Origin: Anaerolineae bacterium
GTDB taxonomy: Bacteria > Chloroflexota > Anaerolineae > B4-G1 > DUEL01
Assembly: GCA_041082215.1 (NCBI GenBank)
Contig: JBDOIF010000149.1
Location: forward strand, 1 to 58,559
Reading direction: 5' to 3'
DNA: 58,559 nt
Shown: positions 21,316 through 29,214 of the stretch, piece after piece
Position numbering within the stretch: position 1 is the first letter of the stretch
Layout of the letters: every line of letters begins with the position of its first letter
Position numbers and translations under genes: made by a program
Notes under the pieces: model-generated
Databases searched by the model: none
What the model saw: only the letters and a program-made list of their open reading frames with translations
Told to the model about the DNA's origin: nothing

Positions 21316-22317
21316 TCATGGTAGAGAGGTCAATCCGGTTGCTTCGCGGACAAGTCTCATCGTCTCTTCCGCTTCGGCGCGCATGCGGCTGTTCCCTGCG
21401 GCGAGGATTTCCTCCACCAGCCCCGGCCGGGACGCGTAGTAGGCTCGCCGCTGGCGGATAGGCTCCAGAAAGTTGTTGAGCGCTGCTGACAATCGCTCTT
21501 TGACCTCCACATCGCCCACTTTACCGCTCCGGTAGCGCGCCTTCAGGTTCTCCACCTCCTCTCTGTCGGGATTGAAGAAATCGTGGTAAATAAAGACGGG
21601 ATTGCCCTCCACACGTCCGGGCACATCGGCCCGTATCCGCTGAGGGTCGGTGACCATGCGGCGGACCTTCTCCCGTACCGTTTCGGCATCGTCGGAAAGA
21701 TAGATGACATTGCCCAGAGATTTGCTGGCCTTGGCCTGCCCGTCCGTACCCCCCAGCACGTCGCCGACCAGCGCTTCCGGTTCAGGGAAGACCTCTCCGT
21801 AGAGATGGTTGAATCGCCGGGCGACCTCCCGGGCGACCTCCACGTGGGCCTCGTTATCCCGGGCGACCGGCACCAGATGGGCGCGGGGGAGCAGGATGTC
21901 GGCGGCCTGGAGCACCGGGTAGCCCATCAGCCCGAAGGGAACCGACCGCAGATGGGCATCCCGGGCCATTTCTTTGATGCTGGGCACGCGCTCCAGCCGA
22001 GGAACCGTCACCAGCATTTCAAAGAGCAGGTTCAGTTCGTAGGTGCCGGGAATGGCCGACTGGACGAAGATCGTACACCTCTCTGGATCAATGCCCACCG
22101 CCAGGTAGTCCAGCACAATCTCCCGGATGTACTGAGGGGTCTCCAGGATGGACTGCTTATCTGGCCGCGTGGTCAGAACATGCAGGTCGGCAATGATGAA
22201 GAAGCAATCGTACTCTCCCTGCAATCGCACCCGGTTTGCCAGACTGCCCACGTAGTGGCCCAGGTGCAATTTGCCTGTGGGACGATCTCCGGTCAGGATA
22301 CGCTTCTTGGGGTTCAT
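21316..22317 (-). CDS. trpS: Tryptophan--tRNA ligase
   Basis: [16 protein letters not shown] (HIGH motif), [10 protein letters not shown], and KASKS (KMSKS variant). Preceded by a Trp T-box. Confidence 0.95.
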   Translation of the reverse strand: MNPKKRILTGDRPTGKLHLGHYVGSLANRVRLQGEYDCFFIIADLHVLTTRPDKQSILETPQYIREIVLDYLAVGIDPERCTIFVQSAIPGTYELNLLFEMLVTVPRLERVPSIKEMARDAHLRSVPFGLMGYPVLQAADILLPRAHLVPVARDNEAHVEVAREVARRFNHLYGEVFPEPEALVGDVLGGTDGQAKASKSLGNVIYLSDDAETVREKVRRMVTDPQRIRADVPGRVEGNPVFIYHDFFNPDREEVENLKARYRSGKVGDVEVKERLSAALNNFLEPIRQRRAYYASRPGLVEEILAAGNSRMRAEAEETMRLVREATGLTSLP

Positions 22318-22344
22318 CGCGCCCTCCCTATGCGTTCTCTGCGG

Positions 22345-22686
22345 CAAAACAAAAACGCCCGTCCCATTGCCGGGACGGGCGTTTTCCCCGTGGTGCCACC
22401 CCGCTGAGGGGCCTTTCCCACAAACAAAAACGCGCCAGTGACGGCGCGTTGTGGGAAAAGCCAGCCTCACTCCTTCGCAGGTACGAACCAGCTACCAGCA
22501 ACCGGTCCAATACCCTCAGCCCGGATAACGGTGGCGGCTCCGGCCCGGACTACTGCCCCGCTGGGCGGGGGTTCGGCGGGCGACTCCCAGGCCCATTCAG
22601 CACCGGCGCTGGTATCGGGCTCGCAGCCAAAGACCCGACTCTCTGGACCCCGCTTCGATGCCTACTCTTCCTGATCTTCGTCTTTC
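22345..22686 (-). ncRNA. T-box riboswitch leader, Trp specifier
   Basis: Minus strand shows stem I elements AGGAAGAGTAG, CAGAGAG and GCTG; specifier GAA-TGG (UGG at 22593-22595); AGTAG and CCGTTA motifs; T-box GGGTGGCACCACG; and terminator ACGCCCGTCCC/GGGACGGGCGT followed by a T-run. Confidence 0.93.
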
Positions 22687-22708
22687 AGCTATTCAGTTTC
22701 TGGGTTAA

Positions 22709-22737
22709 ATTGTACTACGAAAAGCCCGTGATGTCAA
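22709..22737 (-). promoter_or_regulatory. Sigma70-type promoter of the T-box/trpS leader
   Basis: TTGACA (22737-22732), 17 bp spacer, TACAAT (22714-22709). Confidence 0.75.
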
Positions 22738-23052
22738 CTATAGATGCGGAAGCAGGGCCTCCTCCAGGGCCTGTTTGGGCCGATAACCGACGATCCGCTC
22801 CACCTCCTTCCCATCCTTGAAAAGGATCAGGGTGGGAATGCCCATAATACCCAACCGGGCTGGGACGGCGGGATTGGCATCCACGTCCATTTTAGCTACC
22901 TTGAGGCGACCGTTGTATTCGCGGGCCACCTCCTCTACTACCGGTGCGATCATCCGGCAGGGGCCACACCATTCGGCCCAGAAATCCACCAGCGTGGGCA
23001 GGCTGGATTGGAGCACCTCGCTTTCGAACGTCTCGTCGGTTACCTGAACCAT
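22738..23052 (-). CDS. trxA: Thioredoxin
   Basis: VDFWAEWCGPCRMIAP and GIPTL. Confidence 0.96.
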   Translation of the reverse strand: MVQVTDETFESEVLQSSLPTLVDFWAEWCGPCRMIAPVVEEVAREYNGRLKVAKMDVDANPAVPARLGIMGIPTLILFKDGKEVERIVGYRPKQALEEALLPHL

Positions 23053-23087
23053 GGTCCTCTCCTGGAGAAGTGTCGGGGGGGATTATC

Positions 23088-24725
23088 CTACAGACCCGGC
23101 CATCTGTCAAGCAGGGAAGAGACCCGCTCCGGCAGCTCCTTCAGCGACACCGTCAGCCGCTCCTTTTCCCAGCGGGGTTTGACCTCCGCCCCTCCCGCTT
23201 CCACACTGCGTCGGCTCAGGGTGACCCGCACCGGGCAACCGATGAGGTCGGCGTCGGTGAACTTCACCCCCGCGCTCTCGTTCCGGTCATCGTAGAGGAC
23301 AGAGAGGCCTGCCCGCTGCAGCCGGTCGCAGGCCTCACCGGCCGCCTGCTGCACCTCCTGCTGCCTCAGCAGGACGAGGTGCACGTCGAAAGGGGCCAGA
23401 ACTGGCGGCCAGAGGATGCCGTACTCGTCGCGATGCGTCTCTACAACGGCTGCCAGCAGGCGAAAAAGGTCCACCGCCCAGGTCTCCATCGTCGCTTCCC
23501 GCTCCTTCCCCTCCGCATCCAGGTAGGCCGGCCCGGAGGCCCCGCCCGGCCTGCGGCAACGGCACAGCTCGACAGCCGGCCCGGCGGCAAGCGGCTCGCC
23601 ACAATGGGGGCAGGGATAGCCAGCCTGAGCCCGCGCCACGTCCGCCAGCAGGGTGACGGCGAAATCGCGGGGATAATTGACGCCGGTGAGGTGATACCCT
23701 TCCCGGTTGGCCCCGGCGACGAAATTCAGCCCTGCCTCGATGGACAGGTCCCCCACCACCAGCACGCCATCGCCCTCCAGACCGACCCGCACCCGGAGGC
23801 CCACCGGCGACGCATATCCGGGCTCGGCCCCTGCGGCGCGGATCTCCGCGTCGGTGGCAGCCCGCAGCCTGCCGCCCCCCAGAAGCCGAAGCAGCTTGGG
23901 TTCGCTCACCTCCAGGTCGCCCCGGATGACGACGAAGACCAGCGTGGCTCCCCCCTGGTCCCCCCGCTCCCAGCTATAGAACACCGCCTTCAGGGTCCGG
24001 TCGGTCGGCACGCCGACGAACGAGGCCACATCGGCGATGGTGGGACAATCCGGGGTAGCCACGGGCCGGACATCCGCCAGAGGCTCCGAAGGGCGCGGGG
24101 GCAAACGGAAACGGGCCGCATCGGCTGCGGCCGCATAGCCACAGGCCGGGCAACGGACCAGTTTCCCATCTCCAGCCGGGTGGGGGAGCAGGAAGCCCGG
24201 CATCCCGTCCCCATCCCCTGCCCCGATCTCTACTGGATTCAACCCACAACGGGCGAAGAGGCCTCGAAGCAGTTCCAGCAACCGTTCCCGACCGTGGCCG
24301 GGTCCATCCCCCTGCGGGTAAAGGCCGACCACCTCCAGAAGGCGGACCTCCCGCAGCCGCCACGGCCCCTGGGGGGCCTGCGTCTCCCGGCTCCCAAAGG
24401 CGTAAAGGAAAGACGGCAGGTCCCGATAGGAGCGCACCTCCCTCCTGACCCACCCTGTCATCGCCCGGTCCCTTGCCCCCTCTTCCTCCCACAAGGCCGG
24501 GGGCAACCGGACCTCCTGCCCCCCTGCGGCCTCTATCGCCTCCCGCAGCAGCTCCTCGATCCGCCGGAGGACCCTTGCGCCCAGGGGAAGCCAGACGTAC
24601 CCCCCACCCTCCAGAGGGCGGAGCAGCCCTGCCCGAACGGCAAGCTGGAGGCCAGGGGAGTGGACCTCGGCAGGAGCCTCTCGCAATGTCCGGCCGAACA
24701 GTTGAGAGATCCGCATCGCCCTCAT
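23088..24725 (-). CDS. Prolyl-tRNA synthetase paralog with degenerate catalytic core; INS editing and anticodon-binding domains retained
   Basis: ProRS-like N-terminus (MRISQLFGRTLREAP), INS domain (TLKAVFY...GYASPVG) and anticodon domain (LYDDRNESAGVKFTDADLIG). Class II motifs 2 and 3 are not recognisable. Confidence 0.85.
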   Translation of the reverse strand: MRAMRISQLFGRTLREAPAEVHSPGLQLAVRAGLLRPLEGGGYVWLPLGARVLRRIEELLREAIEAAGGQEVRLPPALWEEEGARDRAMTGWVRREVRSYRDLPSFLYAFGSRETQAPQGPWRLREVRLLEVVGLYPQGDGPGHGRERLLELLRGLFARCGLNPVEIGAGDGDGMPGFLLPHPAGDGKLVRCPACGYAAAADAARFRLPPRPSEPLADVRPVATPDCPTIADVASFVGVPTDRTLKAVFYSWERGDQGGATLVFVVIRGDLEVSEPKLLRLLGGGRLRAATDAEIRAAGAEPGYASPVGLRVRVGLEGDGVLVVGDLSIEAGLNFVAGANREGYHLTGVNYPRDFAVTLLADVARAQAGYPCPHCGEPLAAGPAVELCRCRRPGGASGPAYLDAEGKEREATMETWAVDLFRLLAAVVETHRDEYGILWPPVLAPFDVHLVLLRQQEVQQAAGEACDRLQRAGLSVLYDDRNESAGVKFTDADLIGCPVRVTLSRRSVEAGGAEVKPRWEKERLTVSLKELPERVSSLLDRWPGL

Positions 24726-24740
24726 CCTCTCCCAGGTGGA

Positions 24741-25412
24741 TTATCCGCGCCCAAGGATTTCCCGGAACACACTGCAGGCCTTTCCTGTGTGGGACTGACA
24801 GGCAGCGGGGACGTCGGCGGCCGGGACGACTGACCAGGCCCGCAGCAGACGGACGAGGTGGCACAGCGGGAGCCCCACGACGTTGGCGTAGCATCCCTCC
24901 CATGAGGCGACGGGCCGGAAAACGGGATGCTGGATTGCGTAAGCTCCGGCCTTATCCAGCGGGTCGCCGCTGGCGATGTAGGCAACCAGCTCTACGTCGC
25001 TGTAGGGCCGCATCAGCACGGTCGTCTCCGCCACTTCGACCGCCTCCCGCCCCTGACCCACTACCGCAACGCCCGTGCAGACCCTGTGCGGCCGCCCCCG
25101 CAGGCGGCGCAACATCGCCCCGGCCTCGGCGGCGTCGGCTGGCTTGCCCAGCACCTCCCCCCTGAGCGCCACGACCGTATCGCAGCCCACCACCAGCGCC
25201 TCAGGATGGAGCGCGGCAACCACACGGGCCTTGGCGAGCGCCAGACGGCCGGCCATATCCTGCGGCGCTTCGCCAGCTTCGGCTTCCTCCTCCATCTGCG
25301 CTGCCGCCACCTGGAAGGGCAGCCCCAGAAGGGAAAACAGCTCTTGCCGGCGGGGGGAGCTGGAAGCCAGGAGCAGGCCGATCCGGGGCTGGCCTTTACC
25401 TTTGCAGCCCAT
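24741..25412 (-). CDS. maf: Maf-family nucleoside triphosphate pyrophosphatase
   Basis: LASSSPRR, GCDTVV, LGKP, DKAGAYAIQ and NVVGLP. Confidence 0.93.
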   Translation of the reverse strand: MGCKGKGQPRIGLLLASSSPRRQELFSLLGLPFQVAAAQMEEEAEAGEAPQDMAGRLALAKARVVAALHPEALVVGCDTVVALRGEVLGKPADAAEAGAMLRRLRGRPHRVCTGVAVVGQGREAVEVAETTVLMRPYSDVELVAYIASGDPLDKAGAYAIQHPVFRPVASWEGCYANVVGLPLCHLVRLLRAWSVVPAADVPAACQSHTGKACSVFREILGRG

Positions 25413-25416
25413 GCGG

Positions 25417-26742
25417 TCAGAGCCGCTCCCCTGCCCCGACCGGCATCGCCACCAGGCCGCTGACCACCTTGGGGTAGAAGTCGGTAGACTTCTGCGGCAT
25501 CCGTTCGTTGGCCGCCGTGCAGGCGCGCACCTGTTCGACGCGCGTGGGATTCATCAGAAGCAGAAACTGGGCATCGCCCCGGTTCACGGCCTCAAAGCCA
25601 GGAGCGGGGTCGCGCAGATAGTCCAGGTTCTCCTTCCGCTGGACCGCTTCCTTGTCGATCCCCAGCACCCGCTCGATGAACAGCTCGTGGAGGACCACCA
25701 CATCCAGCATCCGCCAGTCGGCGGCCCGGTCCGGCAGGATCCGCTCCAGCACGCCAGGGTCCCGCAGCTCCAGCACCGCATACCCCCCGTCGTAGAAACC
25801 GAAGCGGGGGCGGTCCGGTCTGGCCTCTGCCAGAGCCTTCTCCAACGCCGCCCGGTCTGAAACGGGCGTCACCTCAAAGTATGTCTTCGCCTTCTCCAGC
25901 GCCTCCCTGCCCCCCATCCGGGTATAGGAGTGGATCAGCCGGTGGGTGGGCAGGATCACCAGCCCCGGGTCGCTCATACTGACCAGGGTGACCATCGTAT
26001 AGTTAAAGGCCGCATTCGCCGGGGCATCAGGGTACTTCTGGCGCATCTCGTCCTGGAAATTGAGCGCCGTCTCGTACCGGTGGTGGCCGTCGGCGATGAT
26101 CAGATTTCGCTTGGAGGCCATCTCCTCGGCCACGGCCCGGATCACCTCCGGGTCGTCCACCACCCAGAACCGCTGCTCGACCGCGCTCTCGATCACCTGC
26201 TCGCGGGCCACGATCGGCGGATGGGATTCCACATACGGCTGGAGGATGGAGTTGACGCGGTTTTCATCGTCGGGGTAGAGGATAAAGATGTGCCCCCAGG
26301 CCGTCTCGGTGGCGCGGAACAGGTTCAGCCGGTCCAGCTTAGGGCCGGAGAGGGTCCGTTCGTGGGGGAGGATCACTCCCTCGTCGAAGTGGGTTAACTG
26401 GAGGGCGGCGCTGAACCCCCGCCGGGTACGGGTTTCACCGGAAGGGGTGGTATAGGTCTGCTCCAGCACATAAAGGGCGGGGCGGGCATCCCGCACCAGC
26501 ACCCCTTCCGCCAGCCAGGTGTGGGCATAGCATCGGGCGCGGGTATAGACGTTATCGGCCTCGTTGTCCCAGGGCGTTGCCTTCCCCCGGATGATACGGA
26601 CAAAGCTGTAGGGGCTCAGGTTGTAGTACCGCTCCTGCTCGGCCTCGTGGATGCGGTCGTAGGGCTGGGTGATCACGGCGGAAAGATCGCCGATCTTCTC
26701 CAGGTTGTAACGCAGACCGCGAAACGGCTTGATGATAGCCAT
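25417..26742 (-). CDS. DUF1015 family protein
   Basis: MAIIKPFRGLRY, QPYD, PHERT, IADGHHRYETA, ILPTHR and MPQKSTDFYPK. Confidence 0.9.
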   Translation of the reverse strand: MAIIKPFRGLRYNLEKIGDLSAVITQPYDRIHEAEQERYYNLSPYSFVRIIRGKATPWDNEADNVYTRARCYAHTWLAEGVLVRDARPALYVLEQTYTTPSGETRTRRGFSAALQLTHFDEGVILPHERTLSGPKLDRLNLFRATETAWGHIFILYPDDENRVNSILQPYVESHPPIVAREQVIESAVEQRFWVVDDPEVIRAVAEEMASKRNLIIADGHHRYETALNFQDEMRQKYPDAPANAAFNYTMVTLVSMSDPGLVILPTHRLIHSYTRMGGREALEKAKTYFEVTPVSDRAALEKALAEARPDRPRFGFYDGGYAVLELRDPGVLERILPDRAADWRMLDVVVLHELFIERVLGIDKEAVQRKENLDYLRDPAPGFEAVNRGDAQFLLLMNPTRVEQVRACTAANERMPQKSTDFYPKVVSGLVAMPVGAGERL

Positions 26743-26762
26743 ATTCCTGCCTCCTTAATCTG

Positions 26763-26853
26763 CCCTCACCCGCACCCCCGCCCGTCTGCGGCGGGCGCTC
26801 CCTCCCCTCTCCCGCACGGCGGGGGAGGGGAGGGAGTAGAGAGGGGGGTGAGG
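26763..26853. repeat. CCCTCACC...GGTGAGGG palindromic repeat, copy 1
   Basis: Nested inverted repeat; its 5' half closely matches the reverse complement of 33273-33336. Confidence 0.7.
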
Positions 26854-26873
26854 GATATCCCCCTTCCCAGCCG

Positions 26874-27785
26874 TTACCCCATCTTTCGTGCGAAGTCCAT
26901 CACGATCTCGGCCACCTCGCCGCCCACCCGCGCCGAGGCCTCCTTGGTCCCCGCGCCGATGTGGGGAGAGCCGATGACCTGCGGGAGCTCCATCAGCCGC
27001 CGGCCCCGGTCTTCCTTCTCGTCCTCGAAGACATCCAGCGCAGCGCCCGCCACCTTGCCGCTGACGATGGCGTCGTACAGCGCCGCTTCGTCCAGCGTCC
27101 CGCCGCGGCCGCAGTTGACGATGTACACCCCGTTCTTCATCTTTGCGAACGCCTCCGCGCCGATGAGGTGATGGGTTTCCGGGGTATGCGGGACGTGAAG
27201 GGAGATGAAGTCAGAGCGGGCCAGAAGTTCGTCCAGGGAGACCTGGGTGGCGCCGGGGACTTCGGTGGGAGTACGCCGGTAAAAGAGGACGGTCATCCCC
27301 AAAGCGGCGGCCTTCTGAGCCACCAGGCTCCCGATCCGGCCGCAGCCCACCAGCCCCAGCGTCTTCCCTGCCAGCTCGATCCCTTTGCTGAAGGCCTTTT
27401 TCTCCCACTGGCCGGCCTTCATAGACGCGGTGGCCTGGGGGATCTGGCGGGCCAGGGCGAAGAGGTAGCCGATGGTCAGCTCAGCCACCGAGTTGGAGGA
27501 GGCTGCGGGGGTATTCTGCACCTCGACGCCCTTTGACTGAGCGTACGCCACGTCAATGTTGTCCACTCCCACCCCACCGCGGATGATCAACTTCAGGTTG
27601 GCGGCCTTATCCAGCACCGCCGCCGTGACCTTGGTCCGGCTGCGGACGACCATGGCATCGTAGCCAGCGATGACCGCCTCCAGCTCCTCGGGGGAGATGT
27701 CGTCCCGCACGTCCACCTCAACCCCGGCCCCGCGCATGGTCGCGACCGCCTTCTCGTCTATCGGGTCGCAGACAAGGACTTTCAT
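26874..27785 (-). CDS. D-2-hydroxyacid dehydrogenase (SerA / hydroxypyruvate reductase-like, no ACT domain)
   Basis: VRSRTKV, RGGVGVDNID, NAD-binding GCGRIG, NCGRG, LDVFEDE and SPHIGAGT. Confidence 0.88.
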   Translation of the reverse strand: MKVLVCDPIDEKAVATMRGAGVEVDVRDDISPEELEAVIAGYDAMVVRSRTKVTAAVLDKAANLKLIIRGGVGVDNIDVAYAQSKGVEVQNTPAASSNSVAELTIGYLFALARQIPQATASMKAGQWEKKAFSKGIELAGKTLGLVGCGRIGSLVAQKAAALGMTVLFYRRTPTEVPGATQVSLDELLARSDFISLHVPHTPETHHLIGAEAFAKMKNGVYIVNCGRGGTLDEAALYDAIVSGKVAGAALDVFEDEKEDRGRRLMELPQVIGSPHIGAGTKEASARVGGEVAEIVMDFARKMG

Positions 27786-27802
27786 CGCTTCCTGCCTCCT
27801 GT

Positions 27803-28870
27803 TTACAACCCAAGAATATCGTTAATCTGCTCCAGCAGCCACCTTATGTCCTCGACGGTCAGGTCGCCCATATGTGCGATGCGGAAGCACTTTTCCTTAA
27901 GGTCGCCGTAGCCATTGGAGATGATGGCGCCCCGTTTGCGCAGCTCCTGGTTCAGCCCTTCCACGCTGATCCCCCGCGTGTTGGTGATGTTGGTGACGGT
28001 GAGGGAAAGGTACCGTTCGTCGGAGTAGAGGGCGAAGTAGCGGCGGGCCCAGTCCTGGACAAGGGCGGCCATATCCCTGTGACGCTGCCAGCGTGCCTCC
28101 AGCCCTTCGGCCAGGATGTCGTCCATCTGCTTGTTGAGGGCCTGGATCAGGCTGATGGCCGGAGTCGCAGGAGTCTGGTTCTTTTCGTACCGCTTGTCCA
28201 TCTGCGCATAGGCGAAGTAATGGCCCGGATACGGCACCTGTTTGGCCCGCTCCCTTGCCCGGTCGCTCACCGCGCAGACACTCAGGCCGGGCGGGAGGGC
28301 AAAGCACTTCTGCACGCCAGCCAGGCAGACATCCAGCCCCCATGCGTCGAACTCGATCTTGACCCCCGCCATACAGCTCACGGCGTCCACCAGGATCAGC
28401 ACGTCCGGGTATTTCTTCCGGACCATTGGGGCGATCTCCCAGACCGGGTTCATCACGCCGGTGGAGGTCTCGTTCATCACAATCGTGATCGCGTCGTAGT
28501 CCCCTTTGGCCAGAGCCTCGTCCACCAGCTCCGGCGTGATCGCCTGGCCCATCGGCACTTCGACCATGTCGCAGGGGATGCCGTTCTCCTTTGTGATTTC
28601 ATGCCAGCGCTTGGAGAAAGCCCCGCAGACAGTGTTCAGGACCCGCCGGGTGGAGGCCTGACGCACCGACCCCTCCATCACACCGGTGGAGGAGCAGGCG
28701 TACAGATAGACCCGCTGCTGGGTGTAGAGGAGCTTCTGAAGTTTGGGGGTCACTTCGGCCTGGAGCGCGGAGTACTCGGGAGTACGATGACCGATCATCG
28801 GTGCAGCCTGGGCCTGGAGGATCTCTTCCCGCACGTGGGTCGGCCCGGGAATGAAGAGCTTTGGAACCAT
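27803..28870 (-). CDS. Class V PLP aminotransferase (serine-pyruvate / alanine-glyoxylate / phosphoserine type)
   Basis: LFIPGPT, MIGHR, NETSTG, VDAVS, GVQKCFALPPG (PLP lysine) and FRIAHMG. Confidence 0.9.
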   Translation of the reverse strand: MVPKLFIPGPTHVREEILQAQAAPMIGHRTPEYSALQAEVTPKLQKLLYTQQRVYLYACSSTGVMEGSVRQASTRRVLNTVCGAFSKRWHEITKENGIPCDMVEVPMGQAITPELVDEALAKGDYDAITIVMNETSTGVMNPVWEIAPMVRKKYPDVLILVDAVSCMAGVKIEFDAWGLDVCLAGVQKCFALPPGLSVCAVSDRARERAKQVPYPGHYFAYAQMDKRYEKNQTPATPAISLIQALNKQMDDILAEGLEARWQRHRDMAALVQDWARRYFALYSDERYLSLTVTNITNTRGISVEGLNQELRKRGAIISNGYGDLKEKCFRIAHMGDLTVEDIRWLLEQINDILGL

Positions 28871-28935
28871 GGTTCACCTCCTGGGTAATTTGGAACGTGG
28901 AACGCTTCGGCCCTGTGCCAGCGGTCGGCACAGTC

Positions 28936-28967
28936 AAAAACAGGGAACGCACGACCGTGCATTCCCT
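28936..28967 (-). terminator. Intrinsic terminator, expression platform of the glycine riboswitch
   Basis: Minus strand reads AGGGAATGCACG-GT-CGTGCGTTCCCT-GTTTTT. Confidence 0.8.
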
Positions 28968-29178
28968 CTGTCCACAACCTGAGAGATTCCCCACCCCCCG
29001 GCAGGTCTGGAAAGACCGCTGGAGCGGGTTGCCCCGTCGGTGCCCGGCGGGCTCTCCAGAGGTGCCTCGACACAGGGTCCTTCGACCTGAGAGTTTCGCC
29101 GACGCTTCCCGGCCCCAGACGCCAGCTTGCCCCTTCGGTGCCTCCAGGACAGGAGGACTCTCCCCTGTGTCGGCTCCC
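28965..29178 (-). ncRNA. Tandem glycine riboswitch (two aptamers)
   Basis: Aptamer 1: GGAGAG...CACCGAAGGGGCAA...AAACTCTCAGGT...GGAC. Aptamer 2: CTCTGGAGAG...CACCGACGGGGCAA...AATCTCTCAGGT...GGACAGAG. Confidence 0.93.
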
Positions 29179-29214
29179 GGCTCCAGATTTGGCTCTATTC
29201 AATTTTATCAGAAT

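Noticed and set aside
23088..24725. Calling the proS-like gene a pseudogene or a normal proS
   Set aside because: The frame is intact with a good SD, so it is not a pseudogene on sequence evidence; the catalytic motifs are missing, so it is not a normal ProRS.
22944..24833. 629-aa + strand ORF
   Set aside because: Antisense to the ProRS paralog and trxA; Pro/Arg-rich with no domain signature.
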